This document shows, piece by piece, positions 10,333-18,991 of a stretch of 64,000 nt of DNA. The translations under genes and the position numbers were made by a program. The DNA lies in the sequence record MK327943.1; one strand, written 5' to 3'. The stretch comes from Escherichia phage vB_EcoM_G53. Within the stretch, counting starts at the first letter, position 1, and each line of letters begins with the position of its first letter. Below the pieces are notes generated by a model. It did not search any database. It was not told where the DNA came from and saw only the letters and a program-made list of their open reading frames with translations.

Positions 10333-10367
10333 GAGAGAATTATACTCATCTCTCAAGAGTTTGTATA
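10333..10367 (-). promoter_or_regulatory. Early-type promoter with inverted repeat around the -10 box
   Basis: Minus-sense GTATACA-17 nt-TATAAT; GAGAGA/TCTCTC inverted repeat brackets the -10; near-duplicate of the element at 38841-38875. Confidence 0.55.
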
Positions 10368-10607
10368 CTATTTTTTAAGCATGAAAAGTAAGTAATTTGT
10401 ATCACGTGGAGTAATATCAACACCCATATCAAAGATGCCTTTATAGATTGGGTATTTGTTTTCGGTTGTATCGAAGCTGAAACTATTTCCATCACAACTA
10501 ACAGTAATAGCATCTGTTAAAATGTCATACTCAATCCTAACAATTGAATCCCCAATTTTAACGTCGAGGTGTTTTTTGAATTTGATAAAATCTAATTCTT
10601 GGGCCAT
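10368..10607 (-). CDS. Hypothetical protein
   Basis: 79-aa ORF. Confidence 0.5.
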   Translation of the reverse strand: MAQELDFIKFKKHLDVKIGDSIVRIEYDILTDAITVSCDGNSFSFDTTENKYPIYKGIFDMGVDITPRDTNYLLFMLKK

Positions 10608-10670
10608 GATATTTTCCTCATTTTAAGACGATAGGAAGATAATAACATGTCTTCCTATCGTTGTACATTA

Positions 10671-10871
10671 TTAACCGAACTTTTTAGCGCCTTTCCAGCC
10701 TTCGTACATAACTGCACAAGTCAGTAGTACAGCGTGCTGGCATTCTTTGTATTTGTAAATCCAGAACCAGCGTAAGAAGTCTTCGTCCTCAACACCGTTG
10801 AGTTTCATATTGGCAAAGAATTCGGCACGTTCTTCACGAAGCTTTTGCGATAACATAGATTCAGGATTCAT
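10671..10871 (-). CDS. Hypothetical protein
   Basis: 66-aa ORF. Confidence 0.45.
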   Translation of the reverse strand: MNPESMLSQKLREERAEFFANMKLNGVEDEDFLRWFWIYKYKECQHAVLLTCAVMYEGWKGAKKFG

Positions 10872-11002
10872 TTTGTGTTCCAGGCCCCATTTTCATCGAT
10901 GAACTTAATCCAGTCATTTACAGACCATTTAGTTGTATCACCCTTTGGATTAACATTTAAAGTATATAATCCCTGCTTAAAAAGCATTCGTTTGATATTC
11001 AT
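10868..11002 (-). CDS. Small hypothetical protein (44 aa)
   Basis: Internal ATG with SD GAGGAAATT (MNIKRMLFKQGLYTLNVNPKGD...), chosen to avoid an 86-nt overlap with the upstream gene. Confidence 0.35.
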   Translation of the reverse strand: MNIKRMLFKQGLYTLNVNPKGDTTKWSVNDWIKFIDENGAWNTK

Positions 11003-11009
11003 AATTTCC

Positions 11010-11303
11010 TCAACTGTAACGATAACATTCGTTAGCTTTACGTTTGGCTTCAGTATGAGAAGTATTATAATCATACTCTTCTTTACTGTAAACATCTTTT
11101 TTCAACTTACGAACTTCTTTGCGGAGTTGTCGATTCATTTCGTTCTTGACTTCAGAATCAACGCCTTTCATACGTTTCCATTTATCTGAGCGGAAGATGT
11201 TTTCAACCATGTCTTTGTGGCTAACACCGTCAGGAGCTTTACGCTTACCAAAATAGTCGTAATCGCGAACTTTCAAATCTTTACGACGATATGTTTTACC
11301 CAT
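11010..11303 (-). CDS. Hypothetical basic protein
   Basis: 97 aa from MGKTYRRKDLKVRDYDYF with SD GAGG; lysine/arginine-rich. Confidence 0.5.
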   Translation of the reverse strand: MGKTYRRKDLKVRDYDYFGKRKAPDGVSHKDMVENIFRSDKWKRMKGVDSEVKNEMNRQLRKEVRKLKKDVYSKEEYDYNTSHTEAKRKANECYRYS

Positions 11304-11310
11304 AAGTACC

Positions 11311-11559
11311 TCAGAGGTTGATTGATACAACGCGTTTGATAAAATTCACTTCACTTACTGAAAGGTCTTTAAGACCGATTGATTCTAAACGCTGAGTAAG
11401 CGTCAACATCGGGATATAATCCCAATGAGTTTTATTTGCTTGATAAGTACGAACGCCATTAGCAATTTCAACGTTCAAATCAGAAATGGTAATGAATATC
11501 GGACGTTCGTTATTTACATTAAGAGATAGAACAACTTTCTTTGAATCTAAACTAATCAT
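11311..11559 (-). CDS. Hypothetical protein
   Basis: 82-aa ORF. Confidence 0.5.
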   Translation of the reverse strand: MISLDSKKVVLSLNVNNERPIFITISDLNVEIANGVRTYQANKTHWDYIPMLTLTQRLESIGLKDLSVSEVNFIKRVVSINL

Positions 11560-11738
11560 GGCTTAATTTCCTTCGCAATTGAACAGAAGATACCGCGGTC
11601 ACAAAGCATTTCACCAATTTCTGGATATTTGATTGAACGGTACCAAACATCCAGGTTTGAAACTTTGGTTATCTGTACTGCATTACCGTTGACAGAATAG
11701 TACTGGTCAACCTTAATTTCTTTATCTTCAATTGTCAT
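11556..11738 (-). CDS. Hypothetical protein (60 aa)
   Basis: Start MTIEDKEIKV with SD GAGGAAAATAAA; the longer track ORF runs into the upstream promoter region. Confidence 0.5.
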   Translation of the reverse strand: MTIEDKEIKVDQYYSVNGNAVQITKVSNLDVWYRSIKYPEIGEMLCDRGIFCSIAKEIKP

Positions 11739-11880
11739 TTTATTTTCCTCTATAGTAGATGGTTTAATCTTAACACATTTATTGAGGATGTAAACTGTTT
11801 TATGAAAATATTTTTTGATTTGAGAGGGGCACAAGGAGATAGTGAAGTGAAGATTCCAATGGATTATATTAGAAATGAGA

Positions 11881-11906
11881 TAAAGAAGACCAGGCGGCAC
11901 CTGGTC
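11881..11906 (-). terminator. Terminator-like hairpin GACCAGG-loop-CCTGGTC
   Basis: 7-bp GC-rich stem overlapping the stop codon of the glutaredoxin-like gene; followed by TTCTTTA on the minus strand. Confidence 0.45.
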
Positions 11907-12228
11907 AATCTTCTATGATATCAGAGTCATATCCTAATGAAATCAAGGACTTTTTAAACTCTGCAATATTCTTTTGTTTCTTATCATTTAAAAATATGAC
12001 AGGATAACGAATATTAAGTGAAGTGAATCCTGCACGTTTAGCAAGAGATATGATTAAAGGACGGTCATATTCAATCTTACCATTATTAGTGAGGACTTTA
12101 TAAAATGTATAAGGAGCATTGAGATCCTTTAAAAGTTTTGTAACAGCATAACATCCTGGACAACGTCCTACTTCTTCAGGGATGCCATAAACTTCAATTT
12201 TATTCTTTGGGTTCGAGTTTTGTTCCAC
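11905..12228 (-). CDS. Glutaredoxin-like protein (CxxC), possible NrdH counterpart
   Basis: IEVYGIPEEVGRCPGCYAVTKLLKDL resembles the glutaredoxin active-site region; start ambiguous (GTG at 12228 with SD AAGGAA, or ATG at 12276). Confidence 0.55.
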   Translation of the reverse strand: MEQNSNPKNKIEVYGIPEEVGRCPGCYAVTKLLKDLNAPYTFYKVLTNNGKIEYDRPLIISLAKRAGFTSLNIRYPVIFLNDKKQKNIAEFKKSLISLGYDSDIIED

Positions 12229-12511
12229 GAGAAATAATTCCTTGATAAGCCCAGTACGGCGGGTTAACAGAATCATCACCAGAATTTTCTTCAGGGAAAT
12301 AAACCTGAATAACGAATCCGGATTCGTCAAAGGTAAAATACACTGTAGGCAGTTCACCAAGCAATTCGGAACGAGCGTTAATTTCTTCGAGGTCTTGCTC
12401 ACGTCCAGCCCAGAAACTATGGTTCAGTGTACACTCATAGAAATAATAGTCATTGCCAAACATGTCAAAGCCGTTCCAGCTCTCGGCGACATAACGTTCA
12501 AAACTAAGCAT
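12200..12511 (-). CDS. Hypothetical protein
   Basis: 103-aa ORF (MLSFERYVAESWNGFDMFGNDYYFYECTL...). Confidence 0.5.
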   Translation of the reverse strand: MLSFERYVAESWNGFDMFGNDYYFYECTLNHSFWAGREQDLEEINARSELLGELPTVYFTFDESGFVIQVYFPEENSGDDSVNPPYWAYQGIISRGTKLEPKE

Positions 12512-12513
12512 AA

Positions 12514-12729
12514 TTAGGCCTTTTTATCAAGAATACGTTCGATGCGACGAGTAATTGATTCACAACGTGCTTTAAACTCGGCAGGCGGAAGTCCCTTTTC
12601 AGGAGAAATCGTTCCAATGATGTAGAACATTACTAATGCCGGAATTGTAACCACAGCACCGATGGCCAACAAAATAACCATCACAATAAATCCGAGTGTT
12701 TGTGCTACTGCTAATCGAAATTTATACAT
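12514..12729 (-). CDS. Hypothetical membrane protein
   Basis: 71 aa from MYKFRLAVAQTLGFIVMVILLAIGAVV...; one hydrophobic helix then basic tail; the start overlaps the stop of the upstream 41-aa ORF (TAATG). Confidence 0.45.
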   Translation of the reverse strand: MYKFRLAVAQTLGFIVMVILLAIGAVVTIPALVMFYIIGTISPEKGLPPAEFKARCESITRRIERILDKKA

Positions 12730-12730
12730 T

Positions 12731-12854
12731 AGAAAAAGTTCCCGTACATTGATGCAACAAAAAGCCATTGAGAAGGATACTCAAGGCCCATTAGACGAAC
12801 CGCATCGTTTACTGCTTCTTGTAATGCGTAGAACACATATCCGTAAAAATTCAT
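12731..12854 (-). CDS. Small hydrophobic ORF (41 aa) translationally coupled to gene 49
   Basis: ATG overlaps the gene 49 stop (ATGA); SD GAGGAAA 9 nt upstream; MNFYGYVFYALQEAVNDAVRLMGLEYPSQWLFVASMYGNFF. Confidence 0.4.
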
Positions 12855-13324
12855 TTAAGCGATTTCCTCAGTTGTTTTTTAAATGACGTTACCATTTTAG
12901 CTTTGGTATCGTCTTCATTATAACTAAAACCGTTTGAAAGCATTTCTGCAATCATTTCTTCTTTAGCTAATCTTGAGAACTCTTTAGTTTTGTCCGGAAC
13001 AAAATTAGGATGGATGTTATTAGCAGAATAATCTTGTTTCAAATAAGCAAGAAGAGCTTCAAGCCATTCGAGGTAGTCGACATCACGACCTTTAAGACCA
13101 GAACGGTTGAACTTATGCTTCATTTGACCTTCTGCTGCGTTGCACAGATTACAGAGTAACCCACGAACTCTACCTGCTTTTGGCCCGTTTAATTCGTGGT
13201 CGTGGTCAAGATGGTTACCTTGAACATCAGGGTCTAATTCACGGTGGCAAATAGGACACTTACCGTTCTGTGCATCATAAAATTTTTGTTTTTCTTCTTT
13301 GTATAATTTGCCAGATAATAACAT
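12851..13324 (-). CDS. 49: Endonuclease VII (Holliday junction resolvase) gp49
   Basis: 157 aa MLLSGKLYKEEKQKFYDAQNGKCPICHRELDPDVQGNHLDHDHELNGPKAG... closely matches T4 endonuclease VII. Confidence 0.93.
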   Translation of the reverse strand: MLLSGKLYKEEKQKFYDAQNGKCPICHRELDPDVQGNHLDHDHELNGPKAGRVRGLLCNLCNAAEGQMKHKFNRSGLKGRDVDYLEWLEALLAYLKQDYSANNIHPNFVPDKTKEFSRLAKEEMIAEMLSNGFSYNEDDTKAKMVTSFKKQLRKSLK

Positions 13325-13363
13325 AATAAACCCTTACCATATATAGATAAGGGTATTTATAAT

Positions 13364-13543
13364 TTAGTAAACGTTATAAAAGTCTCGATGAAAACGTTTA
13401 TACTGTCGAATCATTCTTTTAGTAGGACGTGTTACCGAAATGATTGAAGTCCTCATGTTTGGATTGTTTGGAGCCCCAATCATAATAAATTTCCAGGATT
13501 TTTGGCCGTTTGTTCTTTCGCCATAAAATAGTTCAGTTTTCAT
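13364..13543 (-). CDS. Small basic protein (59 aa), paralog of 13968-14138
   Basis: SD AAAGG; ...SIISVTRPTKRMIRQYKRFHRDFYNVY shares its C-terminal motif with the neighbouring small ORF. Confidence 0.45.
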   Translation of the reverse strand: MKTELFYGERTNGQKSWKFIMIGAPNNPNMRTSIISVTRPTKRMIRQYKRFHRDFYNVY

Positions 13544-13552
13544 AATAAACCT

Positions 13553-13966
13553 TTAACTTAAACGTCTTTCTAAATATTCAACGTATTCCGCTGCGGCTTG
13601 CATCAGATTACCTTCATAACCGTCATTATTTTCTTGGGCGGCTAATTTAGCTAAAGCATAAGAAATACGTTCACCTTCGAATTCGCCAAGTCCACCATCA
13701 CAAACTACTTGGTCAATTTCTTCGAGTTCATCTATTGAATGGGATTCCCAGAAGCACCAAAGAGAAGTATCACGGTCATAGATGCAAAGTTTCTCACCTG
13801 TGTTCAACATCACTTCAATAATGCCATGGTCGCCATAACCATCTTCGGTAGTAGTACCAATTACCTTGATGATCGTATCTTTCTTTAATTCAGGAAACTT
13901 GACTTGTAGTTCTTCATCTTCTTTAACAATCTTGAACCATTTACCGCGAGTTTCAGAAATATTCAT
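13553..13966 (-). CDS. Hypothetical acidic protein
   Basis: 137 aa from MNISETRGKWFKIVKEDEEL; the upstream part of the track ORF overlaps the small paralog gene. Confidence 0.5.
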   Translation of the reverse strand: MNISETRGKWFKIVKEDEELQVKFPELKKDTIIKVIGTTTEDGYGDHGIIEVMLNTGEKLCIYDRDTSLWCFWESHSIDELEEIDQVVCDGGLGEFEGERISYALAKLAAQENNDGYEGNLMQAAAEYVEYLERRLS

Positions 13967-13967
13967 A

Positions 13968-14138
13968 TCAATATTCTCTATAAAAGTTACGATGAGAACG
14001 TTTAGCTTTGCGAAGCTGACGTTTAGTAGGACGAACTGTAAACGGTTGTCCAGAGAAAAAATTCGGATCGGTTTTAATAAGCAAATACCAATCATGCTTG
14101 CCATTTTTTAATAAACGGTACAATAATTTAACTTGCAT
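13968..14138 (-). CDS. Small basic protein (56 aa), paralog of 13364-13543
   Basis: MQVKLLYRLLKNGKHDWYLLIKTDPNFFSGQPFTVRPTKRQLRKAKRSHRNFYREY; early-type promoter GTTTACA-17-TATGAT lies just upstream. Confidence 0.45.
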   Translation of the reverse strand: MQVKLLYRLLKNGKHDWYLLIKTDPNFFSGQPFTVRPTKRQLRKAKRSHRNFYREY

Positions 14139-14266
14139 AATAATCTCTTCCCATCTCCATATCAATTAATTCATTTATTGAAGGTTCATCATAACACGTT
14201 TCTTCGTCGTTGTAAACTGTTTCGACGTCCGGCTCGACTGTCTCCCATCGAGCCGAATACCATGGC

Positions 14267-14623
14267 TTAACCCCGGAGTTTATTGAGCTCTTCATAATCA
14301 ATCCAGGATTCTAGCCCTGACGGCAGGTCACATTCAATGTTCCACAGAAGCTCTTCAATGGCTTGCAGGCGATTATATTCTTCAACGGTAATGGTAACCA
14401 TTGGTGCAACCGGTTCTGCCTTTTTAACCATCATGTCGTTCATCAGGACGTAAAGGTCATCACGAACGACAGTGTCGTTCCATCCCCATGATTTGGCTTC
14501 GTAAGCTAATGATGAAGGGAGCACATTTAAAACTTCAATAATAGTTGGAGCATCAGGACCAAGTTCATTGGCACAAACTTCGTATACATCTTGGAAATCT
14601 TTAAGATTTAATGAATATGTCAT
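14267..14623 (-). CDS. Hypothetical acidic protein
   Basis: 118-aa ORF. Confidence 0.5.
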   Translation of the reverse strand: MTYSLNLKDFQDVYEVCANELGPDAPTIIEVLNVLPSSLAYEAKSWGWNDTVVRDDLYVLMNDMMVKKAEPVAPMVTITVEEYNRLQAIEELLWNIECDLPSGLESWIDYEELNKLRG

Positions 14624-14641
14624 TTAAAATTTTCTCGCAGG

Positions 14642-14938
14642 TTATTGTTCTACCCATGAACAAGAGACTTCAAAATCAGGACCACCGTATTCCCAGTGAT
14701 ATTCACCAACAGGAATCCAGTCACCGTGCTCGTTTTCTTCATAGTCCTCAGGCTCAAGGCCAACGAATCGCCATTGGACACCGATGATTCGATTACCCAT
14801 CATTACTCGAAATTCGCCCCATGGATTATCGATAGCATACTGAATATCGTTCTTGGCACGAGAGCACATTTCTTGATATAATAAAGCTTCTAATTCACCC
14901 TTGTCATAAGGACCAGGGAAAGTTAAATCAATACTCAT
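14642..14938 (-). CDS. Hypothetical acidic protein
   Basis: 98-aa ORF, Trp/Glu-rich. Confidence 0.5.
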   Translation of the reverse strand: MSIDLTFPGPYDKGELEALLYQEMCSRAKNDIQYAIDNPWGEFRVMMGNRIIGVQWRFVGLEPEDYEENEHGDWIPVGEYHWEYGGPDFEVSCSWVEQ

Positions 14939-15198
14939 TTAAAATATTCTCGTAGTTGGTCAAATCCACCAATGTGACTTCCGTCAGGAGCAAACACCTG
15001 AGGCATAGTCAATCCAACTTGTGATTCACGTCCAAGCTTAACCAGAAGCTCAGTAATTTTCTCATCATCGAACACACCTTTTTCCGGCATAACATTAATG
15101 AATTCGAATGGTTGTTTCTTAACAGTCAGCAATCGTTTCGCATTATCACAATAAATGCATTTATGAATAGTAGAGTCATACCCGTACACTTTAAACAT
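14935..15198 (-). CDS. nrdC: Glutaredoxin/thioredoxin NrdC
   Basis: 87 aa MFKVYGYDSTIHKCIYCDNAKRLLTVKKQPFEFINVMPEKGVFDDEK... closely matches T4 NrdC; start at the ATG with SD AAAGGAAAAATA. Confidence 0.92.
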   Translation of the reverse strand: MFKVYGYDSTIHKCIYCDNAKRLLTVKKQPFEFINVMPEKGVFDDEKITELLVKLGRESQVGLTMPQVFAPDGSHIGGFDQLREYFK

Positions 15199-15604
15199 TA
15201 TTTTTCCTTTCATCGATTAAATATGCAATGCCAAATACAATACATGTAATAAAACCTGTGATACAGATAGAAACCAACAATACTGTACCAAAGAACCAAA
15301 TCAAGTTATCTTTGGTAGTTTGTTTGATATCCATCTCACGAATTTCTATAGCTATCGTATCACCTTTATTCAGAAGCGTATAAAACGATGGCGATACACG
15401 CCTGTCAAAAACTCGTCCTTGCTCATCTTTATAGACTGCAATAAATTCTAATTTAGAATATTTTCCTGTAGATTGGCCTGAGATTAATTCCACTACCTCC
15501 ACAGGAATTACTTTAGTTTCCATGTAAGTATTCTGGCTGTTCCAAATGAATGGAATAATAGCAAAAACTAAAGCTGCGATAAAACAACGAAGGCTATATC
15601 TCAT
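15191..15604 (-). CDS. Hypothetical membrane protein
   Basis: 137 aa with hydrophobic helices at both ends. Confidence 0.55.
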   Translation of the reverse strand: MRYSLRCFIAALVFAIIPFIWNSQNTYMETKVIPVEVVELISGQSTGKYSKLEFIAVYKDEQGRVFDRRVSPSFYTLLNKGDTIAIEIREMDIKQTTKDNLIWFFGTVLLVSICITGFITCIVFGIAYLIDERKNNV

Positions 15605-15909
15605 TATAATGTTCTCTCAAATTTGTGGAAGCATTTACGGCATTTCAATTTCAAGTTATCAGTGGTCCAGTTAACCAATTGGACTTGGATAGTTCCACAT
15701 TCCGGACACGGGTGTTTTGCTGCCGATTTGGCAGCATTTTCACGTCGTTCAACCATTTTCATTATTTCGTTCCATGCCGGAGGAACAAACTCTTCTTCAC
15801 CGTGGATTTTATCTCGCTGAACAAATTCAATCTTTGAACTATCGTCAATAAACTTAACCAAGCCATGATTAGTGCTCATATCAATATCCTCTAAAAGACG
15901 TAGTTTCAT
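15604..15909 (-). CDS. Hypothetical protein with C-terminal zinc ribbon
   Basis: 101 aa; CPECG...17 aa...CRKC four-Cys arrangement. Confidence 0.55.
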   Translation of the reverse strand: MKLRLLEDIDMSTNHGLVKFIDDSSKIEFVQRDKIHGEEEFVPPAWNEIMKMVERRENAAKSAAKHPCPECGTIQVQLVNWTTDNLKLKCRKCFHKFERTL

Positions 15910-16856
15910 TATAACACCTCAATGGCATTTCGTAAACCATCCGCTTTCGCATTCAGAGCTTTTAACGATTTAGTTTGTTCTGCAATCTGGGCTTCGACTT
16001 CTTTCAGACGAGATTTGAGATATTCGCGTTCTTCTCTTAAGTTATCAACTTTTTCTGCTTTAGGCTCTTTAATAGGCTTAGGCTTATACTCGTTAGGGTT
16101 CTTCAACTTAATTTGAATGCGAGAACTGTATAACATTGAACCATTATCTTCGGTTTCATCATACATTTCTACCACGTCCATGATTCTTAACATCATGCGA
16201 AGTTTATAAGACAGCGAACGAATGGTTTTATTGTGCTTCTTAATTTCTTCAGCTTTCATGGTGCCGAGATTACGCGAGTAATAATAAGGAACCTGAATAT
16301 CAATTGATAATGATGCGGTACCATTACCGGTTGGTTTGAACACTGCAGTAACCCAATCTTTAGCATGAACTGTATTTGTACGATCATCGCCGCCTGTGAA
16401 TAATTTACGAGAATGTTTAAAAAGCATATTCACTTGGTTATTGAATTCACAAGCAAATTTATCAGCAAATTTAGTTTCAGGAATGGTAGTTAACCAATCA
16501 GCCAAATGAGTCTTTTTAACATCATTAACAATAGTGAATTCAACCAAATCGGTTTTAGATGTCACAGATTTAATAAAGCTCGGCTTCATAAAGTTTTTAA
16601 TGTTATCGCGAGCTACAGTAGAAGATAATAAACGAGAACGTTTGAACCATTGAAGCAGCGTCCCTAATGAATGAGAATATGCATTTTGAGTATCTTTACA
16701 GATATGATTTTCTTGGCCTGTGTATGTAAGAAAATCACGAAGAATACTATAAACCACACCTTTATGTGGAACATCAGTCCAAGCACCAGTAGCACGTTGA
16801 GCGTGAGCGTTAGCGATAAGACCGGCAAAGTATTCAATGTAATGTGAACGTGTCAT
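15909..16856 (-). CDS. Lineage-specific hypothetical protein with C-terminal coiled coil (315 aa)
   Basis: Long ORF; the last ~50 aa are heptad-like (KVDNLREEREYLKSRLKEVEAQIAEQTKSLKALNAKADGL); preceded by a promoter cassette. Confidence 0.65.
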   Translation of the reverse strand: MTRSHYIEYFAGLIANAHAQRATGAWTDVPHKGVVYSILRDFLTYTGQENHICKDTQNAYSHSLGTLLQWFKRSRLLSSTVARDNIKNFMKPSFIKSVTSKTDLVEFTIVNDVKKTHLADWLTTIPETKFADKFACEFNNQVNMLFKHSRKLFTGGDDRTNTVHAKDWVTAVFKPTGNGTASLSIDIQVPYYYSRNLGTMKAEEIKKHNKTIRSLSYKLRMMLRIMDVVEMYDETEDNGSMLYSSRIQIKLKNPNEYKPKPIKEPKAEKVDNLREEREYLKSRLKEVEAQIAEQTKSLKALNAKADGLRNAIEVL

Positions 16857-16884
16857 AATATTTTCCTCTCGTTAAGATAAATTC

Positions 16885-16914
16885 ATTATACTCCAACCAT
16901 CCTTGGTTGTAAAC
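16885..16914 (-). promoter_or_regulatory. Early-type promoter cassette (GTTTACA-17-TATAAT) with inverted repeat in the spacer
   Basis: Minus-sense GTTTACAACCAAGGATGGTTGGAGTATAAT; CAACC/GGTTG inverted repeat; near-identical copy at 17905-17933. Confidence 0.6.
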
Positions 16915-16918
16915 TGAT

Positions 16919-17878
16919 TTATGATTTTAACGCATTCATTGCGTTAAAAAGTTTAGAATACTGCAACTGGAGATTCGTTACAACACTTTGAGCATCACGA
17001 AGCTTAGCTTGTGCTTTGTCAAGTTCAACAGACAGTTGGTCCATAGTGGCCTTGATTTGATTGTAATGGTAATCTTCGACCGGAAGAAGGTCATTAGAAA
17101 CATTTAGTTTTACTGCAGACAGTTTGCACACATTTGGCGAACCTTTAAACATTGATTTACCCGAAGTAGAATAAGCACTTAGGACTTCGGCCTGTTCAAT
17201 TGGGGTCCCAGTAAGCGATGCTTCAAACAATGCATTTTCCTTTTTAAGATTTTGATAATATTCGGAGTCTTTGTGCCACCATGGCGCCGGAACCTTTTTA
17301 CCAATAGATACACGAGCCTGGATAGCGATATGGCCCTTATTCTTGATAGGGTTGATAATATTAAGCTCACGAGAATAAATTGCTTTAATCTGGTGAATAT
17401 TATCACCTAAAACTTCCAATGCTTGGTGGAATACACGAGCAACATTATCATTCTTAGGTTTATACGTAAGAGTGAACTCATTCTCACTGATAACCATGAT
17501 TTCCAACTTATCGTAAGTATATTTCAAATGTTTCATGTTAATTGCTTGAGAACGAATACGAGAAGCAATGGCCATCAGATTGTTAAGGTTATTCCGGAAC
17601 TGCTTAGCGAAATATTGTCCTTCACCGCCAATACAAAAATTACGAAGTTTCTGTTTGGCCAATAAACGGCTGAACTCGCCATTTTTAATGAACTCTTTAA
17701 CGGGTGTGTTAGTAACGCATTCAAATTGAGTAAACTTACGAGAATTAATCCCATAATATGAACAGATTTCCTCAATCTCTTCAGGAGTCTTTACAGGCAT
17801 ACGGATAGGATTAGGTCCTGGAGTATATGCGTTCGAGGTAAATTCTTTGATAAGTTCTCTACGTGTAATAAAAGCCAT
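16919..17878 (-). CDS. Lineage-specific hypothetical protein with C-terminal coiled coil (319 aa)
   Basis: Long ORF ending in a coiled-coil-like segment (DQLSVELDKAQAKLRDAQSVVTNLQLQYSKL). Confidence 0.65.
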   Translation of the reverse strand: MAFITRRELIKEFTSNAYTPGPNPIRMPVKTPEEIEEICSYYGINSRKFTQFECVTNTPVKEFIKNGEFSRLLAKQKLRNFCIGGEGQYFAKQFRNNLNNLMAIASRIRSQAINMKHLKYTYDKLEIMVISENEFTLTYKPKNDNVARVFHQALEVLGDNIHQIKAIYSRELNIINPIKNKGHIAIQARVSIGKKVPAPWWHKDSEYYQNLKKENALFEASLTGTPIEQAEVLSAYSTSGKSMFKGSPNVCKLSAVKLNVSNDLLPVEDYHYNQIKATMDQLSVELDKAQAKLRDAQSVVTNLQLQYSKLFNAMNALKS

Positions 17879-17904
17879 TTTATATTCCTCATGTTGAAAA
17901 ATTT

Positions 17905-17933
17905 ATTATACTCCAACCATCCTTGGTTGTACA
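17905..17933 (-). promoter_or_regulatory. Early-type promoter cassette, second copy
   Basis: ttatactccaaccatccttggttgtaca, identical to the 16885 copy except in the -35 region. Confidence 0.55.
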
Positions 17934-18929
17934 TCATTCCTTAAGAAGTTTTACTACTTGAATAAGATTAGCTCGTTCTGTTTTATTTTTACCGTTTAAG
18001 CCTGCTAATCGTGAGATTTCATCGTCAGTCTGTTGAATAGTTACATTAAGTTCGTTAATCAAAGCTTCAAAGTATTTGATTTGCTCAGCATGTTTTGATT
18101 CAAATTTCTGAACCGGAATAACGTCTTGGTTCAGTTCATCAATAAGGTCTTTAAGAGCATCTTCTTGGTTGATATCATATTCAACTTCTTTTATTTCTTC
18201 AACGAGCTCGTCTTTATATCTAACGTCTTTTAGTCCTGGAGCTGGTCCTGAAATCTCTTCTTTAAGAGTACAAACATACCCAATACGGTATCCAATGCCG
18301 TCTCGCTTGATATCAACTTCGTCGATAAATCCACAATGTTTAAGCCCGGAGCCGATTATGTCAAAATATCCTTGACGTCGTCCTTCAAACGTTACACGAA
18401 CTACTAAGACAGTTTTACCTGCAACCTTTTGAAGCTCACATTTATAAAAGTCAGTTGAACCTGAATAACGTGGATGAGTTTTAAAGTTCATCTGACGATC
18501 TAGGCCCATTTGTAAGCGTGCTGTTACGGCCATAAAACGTGTTTGGTTCTCGTTAAGATGAGCAACAATCCATTTCAAAGGCATTTTACACTGTTCACGG
18601 CCGAACAAATCAGTACGTCCTAGATTACGCAGGATGTTGTTAGAGTTAATCATCGACAGAACGTTAAGTTTATTCAGCGCGCTGAAGATTCCATCAGCCA
18701 TTGATTTTCCATAACCTTTACACGCTTTAATAAGTGCTCGCGGCAGATTAGTATAGATTTCAGACGGCATATGAAAATCAAATTTACTAGTCAGTAATTG
18801 ATGAACTTGGATAGCAATTTGCTCATAATTAAGTGCTCTGCGATCGTTATGGTCTTTAAACCATACTTTAATCTGTGAAGCACATAAACCGTTAATTTCA
18901 TGTTTTACCGCATCAGATGTAATGCTCAT
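17934..18929 (-). CDS. Lineage-specific hypothetical protein with C-terminal coiled coil (331 aa)
   Basis: Long ORF; C-terminal ~90 aa acidic and heptad-like. Confidence 0.65.
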   Translation of the reverse strand: MSITSDAVKHEINGLCASQIKVWFKDHNDRRALNYEQIAIQVHQLLTSKFDFHMPSEIYTNLPRALIKACKGYGKSMADGIFSALNKLNVLSMINSNNILRNLGRTDLFGREQCKMPLKWIVAHLNENQTRFMAVTARLQMGLDRQMNFKTHPRYSGSTDFYKCELQKVAGKTVLVVRVTFEGRRQGYFDIIGSGLKHCGFIDEVDIKRDGIGYRIGYVCTLKEEISGPAPGLKDVRYKDELVEEIKEVEYDINQEDALKDLIDELNQDVIPVQKFESKHAEQIKYFEALINELNVTIQQTDDEISRLAGLNGKNKTERANLIQVVKLLKE

Positions 18930-18991
18930 AACTATTTCCTCAGATTGAATTGGAACTCAAAACCATTATAACCCGTCCTTGGGTAAAGCGT

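Noticed and set aside
15909-18929. The three large coiled-coil genes, 34780-35736 and 40808-41152 as homing endonucleases or other mobile elements
   Set aside because: I could not find GIY-YIG, HNH or LAGLIDADG motifs in these products, so there is no sequence support for a mobile-element call.
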